A stretch of 64,000 nt of DNA. Origin: Candidatus Parcubacteria bacterium. GTDB taxonomy: Bacteria > Patescibacteriota > Minisyncoccia > UBA6257 > HR35. Below the pieces are notes generated by a model. The model ran no database searches. It had not been told where the DNA came from and was given only the letters and a program-made list of their open reading frames with translations. The stretch covers positions 350,858 to 414,857 of the forward strand of contig BPJG01000001.1 of NCBI GenBank assembly GCA_026004495.1, written 5' to 3'. The position numbers were made by a program, and so were the translations under genes. Below, one piece after another: positions 50,309 through 60,722 of the stretch; position 1 is the first letter of the stretch, and every line of letters starts with the position of its first letter.

Positions 50309-50505
50309 TTCTTTTAAATAATAATTTAAAAAAATAACTTTCTTGATTTATTTTTAGAAGTATATTAATTTATTTTTTTATTTATAATAATCATTTATTT
50401 ATTGAGATTATAACTAAAAATATTAGCTTAGAAATAAAAACATAATCAGCAGAGGATTATTTTAATTTTGATATAATTATTTTATAATTTTAAAAATTAA
50501 TTTAA

Positions 50506-50577
50506 GGGCCGGTAGTTCAATGGCAGAACGTCGGTTTTGCACACCGAAGGTTGTGGGTTCGATTCCCACCCGGTCCA
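50506..50577 (+). tRNA. tRNA-Ala (anticodon TGC)
   Basis: Acceptor GGGCCGG/CCGGTCC with G3:U70, and anticodon loop TTTGCAC. The T-arm is GTGGG/TTCGATT/CCCAC. Confidence 0.8.
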
Positions 50578-50593
50578 ATTTTTTTTAATTTAT

Positions 50594-50666
50594 CCCCCGG
50601 TAGCTCAATAGGAAGAGCAGGAGCGTTCTAAGCTCAAGGTTGGGGGTTCGACTCCCTCCCGGGGGA
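50594..50666 (+). tRNA. tRNA-Arg (anticodon TCT)
   Basis: Acceptor CCCCCGG/CCGGGGG, D-arm GCTC/AATAGGAA/GAGC, anticodon stem GGAGC/GCTCA with one G:A mismatch, loop GTTCTAA, and T-arm GGGGG/TTCGACT/CCCTC. Confidence 0.7.
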
Positions 50667-50683
50667 TATCAATAATAAAAAGA

Positions 50684-50710
50684 AAAGCCCTTATTCAGGG
50701 CTTTTTCTTT
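50684..50710 (+). terminator. Rho-independent terminator after the tRNA-Ala/tRNA-Arg pair
   Basis: A GC-containing hairpin, AAGCCC-ttattc-AGGGCTT, is followed by TTTTCTTT. Confidence 0.5.
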
Positions 50711-51048
50711 AGAAAAGATGGAGCCGCTAATAAAACAATTTCAACCTCTTGCACCTTTTATATTATAATTTATAAATGAATTTTTTAAAAATTTTTAAAA
50801 GCAATACAAAGTATATAATTATATTTTTTATAACTTTATTTTTGTTACTTTTTTCTTTTCAATTGGGTTTTATTTATGGATCAAAATTTTATGAATCTTG
50901 CCAAATAAATATTTTTAAAAATGGAAATAATTGATAAAGTAATAAATTTTTTAGGAAATCTAATATTTTTTGGAGTGATGATTTGGTTGATAGTAAATAA
51001 GATTTTTAATTTAATTTTTGAAAAATTATCTTCCTACGGCTTTGGTAA

Positions 51049-52320
51049 ATGAAAACTTATTCTAAGTATCTTAAATATATTTTAATTTTTGGGGATATTT
51101 TATTTTTCTATTTATCTTTATATATAACTATCTATACAAGATATGGTTTTAATATAGAAATATTTAAGCAACATTTTATAGGATTTAGTTTTATTTTACC
51201 CTTTTGGATTATTGCCTTTTATTCTAATAATTTTTATTCTCTAAATATTTTAAAAAATAAATTTTTTTTAAGGTTGATTAAATCTTTCATCATTGGTTTT
51301 GTTTTTTCTATTATATTTTTTTATTTTAGTCCTCAGCTTAAAATTACTCCTAAAACAAACCTTTTTTTATTTTCCTTTATTTATTTAGCAATTTTTATTA
51401 TTTATAGAAATTTATTTGAAAATAAATTTTTAAACAAAAGAAAAATTAAAATTTTAGTTATTATTCCTAAAAATATTTTAGAAAAATTTAAACAAGACTT
51501 TGAAGGTTTAGTTATTTACAATTTTACTTTTTATGATCATAACTCAATGTACGATGATTTTTCAAAATTTGATTTAATTGTCATTAGTCACAAAATTTTT
51601 AATCAAGATCAAAATTTAATAAATCATGTAATAAAAAAAATTAATTACCAAGTGCCTATTATTGAATTAATTGATTTTTACGAAAAAAATTTAGGCAGAA
51701 TTCCACTTGAAGAATTAGACGAATATTGGATTTTAAAAGAAATTATTAATCCTGAATTTAGGTTTCAGTCATTAATTAAAAGAACCCTCGATATTTTATT
51801 AGCTTTAGGGGTAGGAATTATTTGTTTATTTTTATTACCAATAATTGCTTTAGCTATTTATTTAAATTCACCTGGGCCAATTATTTTTAGGCAAAAAAGA
51901 GTTGGTAAAAATAATAAAGAATTCACTATTTATAAATTTAGAACGATGAAAAATATACCTGATTTAGGGATTTGGGAAAAACAAAATGATGAGAGAATAT
52001 TTTTTGTAGGTAAAATTTTAAGAAAATTACATTTAGATGAATTACCTCAAGTAATCAATATCCTAATAGGAGAATTATCATTTGTTGGACCTCGACCTGA
52101 GCAAGCAACCATTGTTAATAAATTAGAAAAACAAATACCCTTTTATAATCTTAGACATTTAATATCGCCAGGAATTACTGGCTGGACTCAAGTTAACTAT
52201 AAGAAGCCTTACAATTTAGAAGAAACCAAAATTAAGATTGAATACGATCTTTATTATTTAAAAAATCGAAATATATTTTTAGATCTTTTGATAATTTTAA
52301 AAACTGTTTTTAATCTTTAA
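51049..52320 (+). CDS. Polyprenyl-phosphate hexose-1-phosphate transferase (WbaP/bacterial sugar transferase family)
   Basis: N-terminal TM bundle and the C-terminal bacterial sugar transferase domain (IIFRQKRVGKNNKEFTIYKFRTM...DELPQVINILIGELSFVGPRP). Confidence 0.8.
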   Translation: MKTYSKYLKYILIFGDILFFYLSLYITIYTRYGFNIEIFKQHFIGFSFILPFWIIAFYSNNFYSLNILKNKFFLRLIKSFIIGFVFSIIFFYFSPQLKITPKTNLFLFSFIYLAIFIIYRNLFENKFLNKRKIKILVIIPKNILEKFKQDFEGLVIYNFTFYDHNSMYDDFSKFDLIVISHKIFNQDQNLINHVIKKINYQVPIIELIDFYEKNLGRIPLEELDEYWILKEIINPEFRFQSLIKRTLDILLALGVGIICLFLLPIIALAIYLNSPGPIIFRQKRVGKNNKEFTIYKFRTMKNIPDLGIWEKQNDERIFFVGKILRKLHLDELPQVINILIGELSFVGPRPEQATIVNKLEKQIPFYNLRHLISPGITGWTQVNYKKPYNLEETKIKIEYDLYYLKNRNIFLDLLIILKTVFNL

Positions 52321-54038
52321 ATATCATAATCATCAAATTCTACTTTTTCAATATATTCTATTCCATTAAGTATTTCTTTTACATTTATTCTTTTTTTTGA
52401 TTTTAATAAAAGATACATTTGATATCTTTTATTAACTTTTAAAAATCTCTCTAAAAAGGGTCCTAATATTTTTATTTCATTATTTTTAATTTTGACCTTT
52501 AATTTTTCTTTGATATTAATTAAACGATAATTTAAGCTTTCTAAATTAGTTAATCTCGAAATTAATTTAATTTGATAACAAAAAGGCGGTAGATAGTTTA
52601 ATTCTCTTTCTTTAATAATATCTTTTATAATTATCCCCTCCTTTATTTTATTTAAAAATTTTTTATCTAATCTGGTATGAACAAAAACTTTTTTCGAAGA
52701 ATTTTCTAATTGTTTTATTATTCTTAAATATTTTTCTTTTAAAAATATGTTCTCTGATAAAAAAGAGACGTCAAAGTTAATAAAGAAGCTGTAATCAGTG
52801 GGGATATCTAAAATCTGCCAATTGCCTATAATAAAATAATCATTATTTTTACTATTTTTAATTTTTTTTAAATCTAATTCGCTTTCTATGTCAAAAAATC
52901 GTAAATTATGATTAGAAAGATATTTTTTTATAAATTCTTTACCTATTTTTTTAATATATAATCTATCACCTTGACAGCGAGGGCATTTTGTAATTGAATA
53001 ATAAATTAAACATTTATTACAAAATAAGCTATCATCTATAATTGTTAAATAATTTTTACATTTTTGACATTCAAATCTATAATGACAATCTAAACAAAAT
53101 AATTTTTGTCCTATGTTTTTCTGGAAAACAAAAACTTTTTTTATGCCATTTATTTTCGTTAGATAACTAATGTCAGCGAAACTAATAAAATTTATTTTGG
53201 GATGACTTAATTTAGGAAACTTAATATAGCTTTTTAATGAATAAAAATTATCTATATAATTTAATGAACATTTTGACAATTTTGCATATGATTCGATTAA
53301 TTCTAAATAATTTATTTTGGGGGTTTTAAAAAATTCATTATAAAAAATGCTCCCTTCATTAAAAACAAATATTTTCTCTATATTAATGAGTGGTAAAAAA
53401 ATTATATTTTTACTTCCTAAAAAAGTATAGTTTTCATTCGAAAATATATAATCTGAATTTTTTGTAATATCATTTAAATATATTAATTTGGGTATTTTAT
53501 TTTTAAAATTAAAATAAAAATTATTTGCTTGATGTTTAACTGGAAAAATAATTAAGGATCGATATTTATTAATTTCATTAATTAAATCAATTGTTAATTC
53601 TTGATAAAAATTAATTTCAAATCTTCTATTAATATTTTCAAATTGACTATAGTTTTTGTTTAATTTCTCTTTAAGATTTATTAAATTACATTTTTTATAA
53701 TATTTAAGAAAAAGATAAAATGAATAAGCTAAAGATAAGTAATAATATCTACTGATTTTAAAGGCTAATTTTTTTTGGTAGTCTAGCAAAATATCTTTTT
53801 CTATTAATATATTTTTAATAGGTTTTATTTGATAATCTAAATTTTTTATTATAAATTTAACCTCAGAAATTTTTCTTGAATCCCAGGTATAGCCTGGAAT
53901 ATTTTTACCTCTAAAATTTATTTCTACTAAGCTACCGTTTTCAACTTTTATTGGCGAGAAATAGAGAAAAAAATCAGGAGAATTTGGTGGCAATGGTTGA
54001 ATAGGAATTATTTTTAATATATAATTTTTCTGCTCCAT
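52317..54038 (-). CDS. priA: PriA-like primosomal protein N' with an intact Cys-rich zinc-ribbon region but degenerate helicase ATPase motifs
   Basis: CLDCHYRFECQKCKNYL...CNKCL...CPRCQGDRL reproduces the PriA four-CxxC Cys-rich region. I could find no G-x-GK-[ST] Walker A upstream, and the DEEH-box position reads NEGS. Confidence 0.45.
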   Translation of the reverse strand: MEQKNYILKIIPIQPLPPNSPDFFLYFSPIKVENGSLVEINFRGKNIPGYTWDSRKISEVKFIIKNLDYQIKPIKNILIEKDILLDYQKKLAFKISRYYYLSLAYSFYLFLKYYKKCNLINLKEKLNKNYSQFENINRRFEINFYQELTIDLINEINKYRSLIIFPVKHQANNFYFNFKNKIPKLIYLNDITKNSDYIFSNENYTFLGSKNIIFLPLINIEKIFVFNEGSIFYNEFFKTPKINYLELIESYAKLSKCSLNYIDNFYSLKSYIKFPKLSHPKINFISFADISYLTKINGIKKVFVFQKNIGQKLFCLDCHYRFECQKCKNYLTIIDDSLFCNKCLIYYSITKCPRCQGDRLYIKKIGKEFIKKYLSNHNLRFFDIESELDLKKIKNSKNNDYFIIGNWQILDIPTDYSFFINFDVSFLSENIFLKEKYLRIIKQLENSSKKVFVHTRLDKKFLNKIKEGIIIKDIIKERELNYLPPFCYQIKLISRLTNLESLNYRLINIKEKLKVKIKNNEIKILGPFLERFLKVNKRYQMYLLLKSKKRINVKEILNGIEYIEKVEFDDYDI

Positions 54039-54133
54039 TTAAATATTTTTAATATCATTTTTAATAATATTATATAATTTATTTTTGGGAGATAGGTTAA
54101 ACCTTAAATCAAAAATTAAAAAATATATTTAAA

Positions 54134-55138
54134 ATGTTTATTAAAATAGGAATAGATTTGGGAACTGCTAATACAACGGTTTATTTACCTCAAAAGGGAA
54201 TTGTTTTAACAGAACCAACAGTAGTAGCAGTAGATGAGTTAACCAAAAAAATCATAGCCGTTGGTCAAGAAGCTAAAGATATGATTGGTAAAACACCAGG
54301 AGATATTAAGATTTACAGACCCTTAAGAGAAGGAGTTATTGCCGATTATAGATCTACTTTGGCTATTCTAAAATATTTTTTAAATAAGACTAAAATTTCA
54401 AAAATTTTTAAACCCTTATTAATAATTTCTGTTCCAGCCGGAATTACCTCAACTGAAAGAAAGGCAGTAATTGATGCTGCCTTAGAGGCAGGAGCAAAAG
54501 AAGTTTATCCAATCAGGGAACCACTTTTGGCTGCCTTAGGCGCAGATTTGTCTATTAATTCACCTTCTGGGCATATGATAGTTAATATCGGTGGAGGAAC
54601 AACTGAAATCGCCGTTATTTCTCTCGGGGGAATAGTTTCTTGGGAATCTATTAGGATAGCTGGAGATAAATTTGATGAATCTATTAAAGAATACTTAAGA
54701 AAAAAATTTAATTTGGCAATTGGTGATAAAACAGCTGAGTTGATAAAAATTCAAGTAGGCGCTGCCTTAATCGATAAAAATACAAATTTATCGATAAATG
54801 TTAATGGAGTTAATATTTTAACTGGGTTACCTATGACTATTAAAATTAATTCATCCCATATCGTTGAAGCTCTTCAGAGGGATTTAAGAGAAATAATTTT
54901 AGGAATCAAAAAAGTTTTATCTCATACGCCACCTGAATTAGTAGCTGATATAATGGAGAAAGGTATTGTTATTTCTGGTGGCGGAGCACTACTAAGAAAC
55001 ATTGATCAATTAATTTATCAACAAACAGGTGTGGCTGCTTTTGTAGCCAATGATCCTCTTTATTGTGTTGCTAGGGGTACCGGCAAAATTATTGAGAAAT
55101 TAGACATTTATAGAAGAGTTTTAATTTCCCATAAATGA
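54134..55138 (+). CDS. mreB: Rod shape-determining protein MreB (actin homologue)
   Basis: Phosphate-1 GIDLGTANTTVY, phosphate-2 VNIGGGTTEIAVIS and adenosine motif ISGGGALLRN. Confidence 0.85.
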   Translation: MFIKIGIDLGTANTTVYLPQKGIVLTEPTVVAVDELTKKIIAVGQEAKDMIGKTPGDIKIYRPLREGVIADYRSTLAILKYFLNKTKISKIFKPLLIISVPAGITSTERKAVIDAALEAGAKEVYPIREPLLAALGADLSINSPSGHMIVNIGGGTTEIAVISLGGIVSWESIRIAGDKFDESIKEYLRKKFNLAIGDKTAELIKIQVGAALIDKNTNLSINVNGVNILTGLPMTIKINSSHIVEALQRDLREIILGIKKVLSHTPPELVADIMEKGIVISGGGALLRNIDQLIYQQTGVAAFVANDPLYCVARGTGKIIEKLDIYRRVLISHK

Positions 55139-55923
55139 TAATTGGCCATTCTGAACAAATTAAATTTATTAATAATATTTTATTAAATTATAGCAAAGGT
55201 ATATTTTTATTATTTGGGCCAGAGTCAATTGGTAAATTCTCTTTAATTAAAAATTTAACTCAACAATATAATCCTTTAATTTTCGATTCTCAAGAAACAA
55301 TTCTAAAAATTAAAACTTCAGATGTTATTCAAAAAATGTTATTATTATCTAATCAGAAAGATAAACAAATAATTATTATTAATAATGCCCACAGACTTAA
55401 TAAAGAAGCACAAAACAAACTTTTAAAAATTTTTGAAGAAATACCTAATAACTCTTTAGTTTTTTTAGTTACCCATAAACTTTTTAAAATCTTACCCACA
55501 ATAAGATCACGAACGCAAAAAATTAAATTTTCCTTACTTGATAATGATTTAATTAAAGAATTATTGATTAAAAAAAAATATTCTTTAGAAGATATAAACT
55601 TTATTTTAAAATTATTCCCTGGTCAAATAGGTAAAGTTGTCAATCTAATTAATGATAAAGAAAAATTAAAAATAATTAAAAATTTATTTTTTAGCAATTT
55701 AGATATAGTTGAAAAATTTATTTCGTTTTATAAAATAGAAAAAGATATTAACTTAGAAGAGTTAATAGCTTACTTTATTATTTGTGAAAGATATAATTTG
55801 TTTAGAAAATATAAAAATTCTATAAAAAAAATTAAATATCTTTTAAATATTTACGAAGATAGTAGTTATTTTCTTAACAAAGAACTTCAATTTTCTAATA
55901 TTATGTTAAACTTAAATGGATAA
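55135..55923 (+). CDS. holB: DNA polymerase III delta' subunit-like clamp-loader AAA+ protein
   Basis: Degenerate Walker A LFGPESIGKFS, Walker B/SRC-like region IIIINNAHRLNKEAQNKLLKIFEE and sensor RSRTQKIKF. Confidence 0.55.
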   Translation: MIIGHSEQIKFINNILLNYSKGIFLLFGPESIGKFSLIKNLTQQYNPLIFDSQETILKIKTSDVIQKMLLLSNQKDKQIIIINNAHRLNKEAQNKLLKIFEEIPNNSLVFLVTHKLFKILPTIRSRTQKIKFSLLDNDLIKELLIKKKYSLEDINFILKLFPGQIGKVVNLINDKEKLKIIKNLFFSNLDIVEKFISFYKIEKDINLEELIAYFIICERYNLFRKYKNSIKKIKYLLNIYEDSSYFLNKELQFSNIMLNLNG

Positions 55924-56070
55924 AGCTTATAATTTTATATTAAAAATTATAATTTTAATGACTATGATATATCTATTAGGTTTCGTTATTTCCGATGATT
56001 TATTAATTAATACAATGAAAGATATTAGTTCTAAATTAACACCTTATACTATTGAAATTTTACATTTAAG

Positions 56071-56613
56071 ATGATCGATAATTTTTTAAAAAATTTAAAC
56101 AATATCGTTAAAGAATTTGAAGAAAAACTAAAATCAATTCGCAGTCATAAATTAACCTTAAGTTGGTTGGAAAATTTTGATATTATGGCCTATGGTAAAA
56201 AACACAATATCAGGTCAATAGCTACTGTAAATCAATTGGACTATTTAAAATTCAAAATAATTCCTTGGGATAGTAATATAATTTCAGATATTGAAAAAGG
56301 CTTAAGAGAAACAAATTTTGGTGGTAGCATTCAAAAAGAAAAAGATTCTTTAATTGTTAATTTTCCGCCAATTACCGAAGAAACTAAAAAAAATTTATTA
56401 AAAAATTTAAATTCTTTAAAAGAAGAATTTAGAATTAAAATAAGGGTTTTAAGAGATGAATTTTTAAGAAATTTAAAAAAGCAAAAGGATGATAAAAAAA
56501 TAAGTGAAGATATTTTCTTTAAGAATAAAGAAAAAATTGATAACGAAGTCGAAAAAATTAATAAAAAAATTGAAGATTTGTTTAAAAATAAAGAAAAAGA
56601 AATTTTAAGCTAA
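56071..56613 (+). CDS. frr: Ribosome recycling factor
   Basis: 180 aa with a three-helix bundle plus RRF head-domain pattern (IRSHKLTLSWLENFDIMAYG...LDYLKFKIIPWD). Confidence 0.8.
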   Translation: MIDNFLKNLNNIVKEFEEKLKSIRSHKLTLSWLENFDIMAYGKKHNIRSIATVNQLDYLKFKIIPWDSNIISDIEKGLRETNFGGSIQKEKDSLIVNFPPITEETKKNLLKNLNSLKEEFRIKIRVLRDEFLRNLKKQKDDKKISEDIFFKNKEKIDNEVEKINKKIEDLFKNKEKEILS

Positions 56614-56614
56614 G

Positions 56615-57670
56615 ATGGAAAGCATTTTAATATTTTTATTTTCTTTAGGTATTTTAATTTTTTTTCATGAATTAGGGCATTTTTTAATTGCTAAGAAGCT
56701 TAAAGTTCCAGTTGAAGAATTTGCTATTGGTTTTCCTCCTAGTCTTTTAAGAAAAAAAATTGGAGAAACTATCTATTCTTTTAATTTAATTTTCTTAGGT
56801 GGATACGTTAGATTAAGGGGAGAAAATAATCTTAATGATCCTGATGGTTTTTTAAATAAACCAGCATGGATAAAAATAGCAATAGTTTTAGGTGGCGTCT
56901 TTTTTAATTTAATTTTGGCTTATTTTTTAATTTCATTTGGATACTTAATTGGTCTACCGGAATATTCGCCTCAATCTCAAAATGTAGTTATTCTGAGAAT
57001 TATGCCTCAAGGCATTGCTGAAAAAGCTAGCTTGAGGATGTTAGATAGATTAGTTTATTTAAAATTTGATAAAGATATGATTTACTTTACTGATCCTACA
57101 AAGGTTAGAGAAATTTTTGAAAACTATCGAGGTAAAGAAGTAATTTTAGGTATCGAAAGAGCAAAAAAAATGATTGAAATTAAGGTAACTCCTGAAATAA
57201 ATAAAAATTTAAGTCCGCTAGGGGTTTACTTAGGTAGCTTGGATTTAATTAAATATAAATTCCCTTCAAATTTTTATTTTGGCCTAATTAAAACCAAGGA
57301 TTTATTTGTTAACATGATAATAGGTATGAAGGATTTTTTTATTAAATTATTCGAGGGCAAAAAAGAAGTTTTAAGTGAAGTTGTTGGACCGTTAGGTATG
57401 TTTGATATTTATAATCAGTTTAGATTATTAGGCTTTAATTATTTAATATATTTTTTAGCTATTGTTTCTGTTAATTTAGTTATTCTTAATCTACTTCCAA
57501 TACCTGCCTTGGATGGCGGAAGATTTATCTTTTATCTTTATGAATTATTAAGTGGTAAAAAGCTACCATTACGGATTGAAAATTTAGTCAATACTATAGG
57601 TTTTATATTCTTATTAATTCTAATGATTTTAATTACAATCAAAGATTTATCTTATAAATTCTTTAAATAA
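56615..57670 (+). CDS. rseP: Site-2 (RIP) zinc metalloprotease RseP
   Basis: HExxH (HELGHFLIAKK) in TM1, a central PDZ-like region, and the C-terminal LDGG motif (ALDGGRFIFYL). Confidence 0.8.
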   Translation: MESILIFLFSLGILIFFHELGHFLIAKKLKVPVEEFAIGFPPSLLRKKIGETIYSFNLIFLGGYVRLRGENNLNDPDGFLNKPAWIKIAIVLGGVFFNLILAYFLISFGYLIGLPEYSPQSQNVVILRIMPQGIAEKASLRMLDRLVYLKFDKDMIYFTDPTKVREIFENYRGKEVILGIERAKKMIEIKVTPEINKNLSPLGVYLGSLDLIKYKFPSNFYFGLIKTKDLFVNMIIGMKDFFIKLFEGKKEVLSEVVGPLGMFDIYNQFRLLGFNYLIYFLAIVSVNLVILNLLPIPALDGGRFIFYLYELLSGKKLPLRIENLVNTIGFIFLLILMILITIKDLSYKFFK

Positions 57671-57681
57671 AAGTAACGATA

Positions 57682-58923
57682 ATGAAGCAATCCAAATTAT
57701 TCTATAAAACTTATAAAGAATCAATACATAGCGAAGATTCTTTAAATGCTCAGTTATTAATTAGAGGTGGTTTCATTGAAAAAGTTGGATCAGGTTTATA
57801 TAATTTTTTACCTTTAGGTTTAAAAGTATTAGAAAAAATTAAAAGAATTATTAGAGAAGAGTTGAATAAAATAGGTTGTCAAGAAATATCATTAATTAAT
57901 CTCCATCCAATAGAATATTGGCAAATAACCAAAAGAATAGATAAATTTGATATTCTTTTTAAAACTAAAAGTCATAATGGAATTGAATATATTTTAGCTC
58001 CTACCCATGAAGAAATTATCTTTCCTTTAGTAAAAAAAATAATTAGTTCATATAAAGATTTACCCTTAGCTCTTTATCAAATTAATTTAAAATACCGAGA
58101 TGAATTAAGAGCTAAGGCTGGACTTTTAAGAAATAGAGAATTTTTAATGAAAGATTTATATAGTTTTCATATTAACGATGAAGATTTAGAGAAATTTAAA
58201 AGTTTAGTAGATAAAACATATTTAAAAATCTTTAAATTATGTGGTTTAAGGGCTATTTTAACTTTAGCAAGTGGTGGAACATTTTCTAAATTTTCAACCG
58301 AATTTCAGGTACCTACATTATCTGGCGAAGATGAGATTTATTATTGCGAAAATTGTAATCAAGCATGGAATAAAGAAATTATTAAAACCAGCAAATGTGA
58401 TCATTGTAAAAAAAAATTAGATATAATCAAAAGTATTGAAGTTGGAAATACCTTTAACTTAGGTACAAAATTTTCCAAAGATTTTGAGTTATTTTATTTA
58501 GATAAATTTAATAAAAAAAAATATGTTTTGGCAGGTTGCTATGGAATAGGTATTAGCCGTCTTTTAGGAGCCATTGTTGAGGTTAATAATGATAAATATG
58601 GTATTGTTTGGCCCTCTAATATTGCTCCCTTCAGGGCCCATTTATTATTATTACAGTATAGTAATAAAAAAATTAATTTAAAATTAATTAAGTTAGCCAA
58701 TAAAATTTACCAATTTTTAACTAATAATAATATCGAAACTTTATTTGATGATAGGACTGATGTTTCTAATGGTCAAAAGTTTGTTGAAAGTGATTTAATT
58801 GGTATCCCCTATAAAGTTATTATAGGTGAAAGTAGCTTGAACGAAGAATTAGAAATTAAGTTACGAAATAATAATAAAATATTTAAGGTTAAAATTAATA
58901 ATTTATTAAAATGCTTAAAATAG
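57682..58923 (+). CDS. proS: Prolyl-tRNA synthetase (compact form without the INS editing domain; small Cys4 ribbon insert)
   Basis: The N-terminus aligns to the ProRS class II core (LLIRGGFIEKVGSGLYNFLPLGLKVLEKIKRIIREE). The 413-aa length cannot accommodate the bacterial INS domain. CENCNQAW...CDHC forms a C-x2-C-x16-C-x2-C ribbon. Confidence 0.65.
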   Translation: MKQSKLFYKTYKESIHSEDSLNAQLLIRGGFIEKVGSGLYNFLPLGLKVLEKIKRIIREELNKIGCQEISLINLHPIEYWQITKRIDKFDILFKTKSHNGIEYILAPTHEEIIFPLVKKIISSYKDLPLALYQINLKYRDELRAKAGLLRNREFLMKDLYSFHINDEDLEKFKSLVDKTYLKIFKLCGLRAILTLASGGTFSKFSTEFQVPTLSGEDEIYYCENCNQAWNKEIIKTSKCDHCKKKLDIIKSIEVGNTFNLGTKFSKDFELFYLDKFNKKKYVLAGCYGIGISRLLGAIVEVNNDKYGIVWPSNIAPFRAHLLLLQYSNKKINLKLIKLANKIYQFLTNNNIETLFDDRTDVSNGQKFVESDLIGIPYKVIIGESSLNEELEIKLRNNNKIFKVKINNLLKCLK

Positions 58924-59939
58924 TAAAACAACTTGAATTAGGAATTGATTTAGGAACATCAAATACATTAGTTTATCTTAAAAATAGAGGTGTAATCTTT
59001 GATGAGCCTTCATATATTGTATTTGATAAGAGAAATCTTAATATTATTGCTATAGGCAAAGAGGCTAAAAAAATGGTAGGTAGAGCCCCACAATATTTAA
59101 ATGTAGTTAAGCCTATAAATTTTGGAATTGTTACTGATTTTGAATCAACCACAAATTATTTAACAAAGATATTAGAAATTATTAATAAAGAATATTTTTC
59201 TCTCTTAAGACCAAAAGCAATTATAGGTATACCTCTTAATTTAACTGAGGTTCAAATAAGAGGAGTTATTGATGCTGGTATATCCGCAGGGTTTAAAGAT
59301 GTTTATACTATTGAACAACCAATAGCTGCAGCCTTAGGTGGTAATTTAGATATAGACGAAGCTAAGGGATTAATGATTGTAGATATCGGTGGAGGTACTA
59401 CCGAAATTTCAGTAATATCCTTGGGTGGTATTGTTACAGGAAAAAGTATTAAAATAGCCGGCGACAGATTTAATAGTAGTTTTTTAAATTATATTAGATT
59501 AAAGCATAATCTTATAGTAGGCGAGAGCCAGATAGAAGAAGCTAAAATAAAAATTGGTTCCATTGTAGGTAAAAATAATTTATTCAATCTTAGGGGTAGA
59601 GATACTCTTACTACTCTACCAAAGGAAATCACAATTTCAAGCCATGATTTAAGAGAAGCAATTAGTCCCTTATTAATCGATTTAATAGATGAAATAAAAG
59701 ATATTCTTAATATTACTCCAGCTGAATTAATTGGAGATATTGTTAGTCGAGGGATCTATTTAACTGGAGGAGGTAGTTTAATTGAGGGACTTTCGGAATT
59801 TATGGAAAATGAATTAAATGTCAAAGTTAATAAATTAGAAAATCCACTTCATTCTGTAGTTTTAGGTTTGGGTAAAATAATTGAAAACTTCGAACATTAT
59901 AAAAAATTTTGTTATTCTAATTCAAAAGTTAATATTTGA
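58911..59939 (+). CDS. Second MreB-family actin homologue (paralog)
   Basis: GIDLGTSNTLVY, IVDIGGGTTEISVIS and LTGGGSLIEG motifs. It sits directly upstream of mreC and mreD. Confidence 0.8.
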   Translation: MLKIVKQLELGIDLGTSNTLVYLKNRGVIFDEPSYIVFDKRNLNIIAIGKEAKKMVGRAPQYLNVVKPINFGIVTDFESTTNYLTKILEIINKEYFSLLRPKAIIGIPLNLTEVQIRGVIDAGISAGFKDVYTIEQPIAAALGGNLDIDEAKGLMIVDIGGGTTEISVISLGGIVTGKSIKIAGDRFNSSFLNYIRLKHNLIVGESQIEEAKIKIGSIVGKNNLFNLRGRDTLTTLPKEITISSHDLREAISPLLIDLIDEIKDILNITPAELIGDIVSRGIYLTGGGSLIEGLSEFMENELNVKVNKLENPLHSVVLGLGKIIENFEHYKKFCYSNSKVNI

Positions 59940-59990
59940 TTTTAAAACAAAAATAATTAAAATATTTTTAAATATTTTTAATTAATAAAA

Positions 59991-60722
59991 ATGAAAAAAA
60001 ATAAAATTTTTTTTATATACTTTTTGGTATTTACTTTAATATATTTGTCTAATTTAAATTATGTTTTAGCTAAAAAATATGAAAATATTTATTCTTATTC
60101 ATTAAATTTTCAATCATTATCCAACGAGCTTAAAGGTTCAATTAAAAATCTCTTATTTTCTGATGACGATAATTATTATAAAGAAAAATATTACAATATT
60201 TTAAAAAATTTAGCTCAACTTAAACTAGCCGAGAAAGAAAAAATTTTCTCTGAATCTTTAGATCTTCTAAAGAAAAGATTCCCTCAAGCTGAAGAAGTAA
60301 AAGTTTTATCTAGTAATTTGGGAATTATTTATACTCAACCTGTTAATGAATTAACACAAAAATCATTTGTTATTGATGAAAATTGGTTATTAGTTGGCAG
60401 AGTTGATGAAATTAATAATAATTACGCAAAAATACTTTCATTAAATTATAGCAATCTCAGATTTAATGTTAGTAATATTAATGGTGAATACTTGGGCTTA
60501 GCAAAATCTACCGGTTTAGGATATTTGATTGTTGATAAAGTTGATTCTAAAATCGAGATTAATAATAAAGATTTAATTATGACTTATGGTGAAGATGATA
60601 TTTTTCCACCTAGTTTTTTGGTTGGAGAAGTGGTTGATGTTGAAATTAAAGGATACTTTAAAAGAGTAAAAATTGCCCCCTTAGCTAATTTTAACAGCGA
60701 AAAATTAATAATTATTAAATGA
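59991..60722 (+). CDS. mreC: Rod shape-determining protein MreC
   Basis: N-terminal TM/signal segment, a coiled-coil region, and a C-terminal beta-domain (GLGYLIVDKVD...FPPSFLVGEVVDV). It occupies the canonical position after mreB. Confidence 0.65.
   Translation: MKKNKIFFIYFLVFTLIYLSNLNYVLAKKYENIYSYSLNFQSLSNELKGSIKNLLFSDDDNYYKEKYYNILKNLAQLKLAEKEKIFSESLDLLKKRFPQAEEVKVLSSNLGIIYTQPVNELTQKSFVIDENWLLVGRVDEINNNYAKILSLNYSNLRFNVSNINGEYLGLAKSTGLGYLIVDKVDSKIEINNKDLIMTYGEDDIFPPSFLVGEVVDVEIKGYFKRVKIAPLANFNSEKLIIIK

Noticed and set aside
50760-51050. Two tiny hydrophobic ORFs upstream of the sugar transferase (about 50776-50937, 53 aa; about 50923-51054, 43 aa)
   Set aside because: No conserved motifs, and the AT-rich intergenic DNA readily yields such frames by chance. 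They may be genuine small membrane peptides, but the sequence gives no support, so they are not called.
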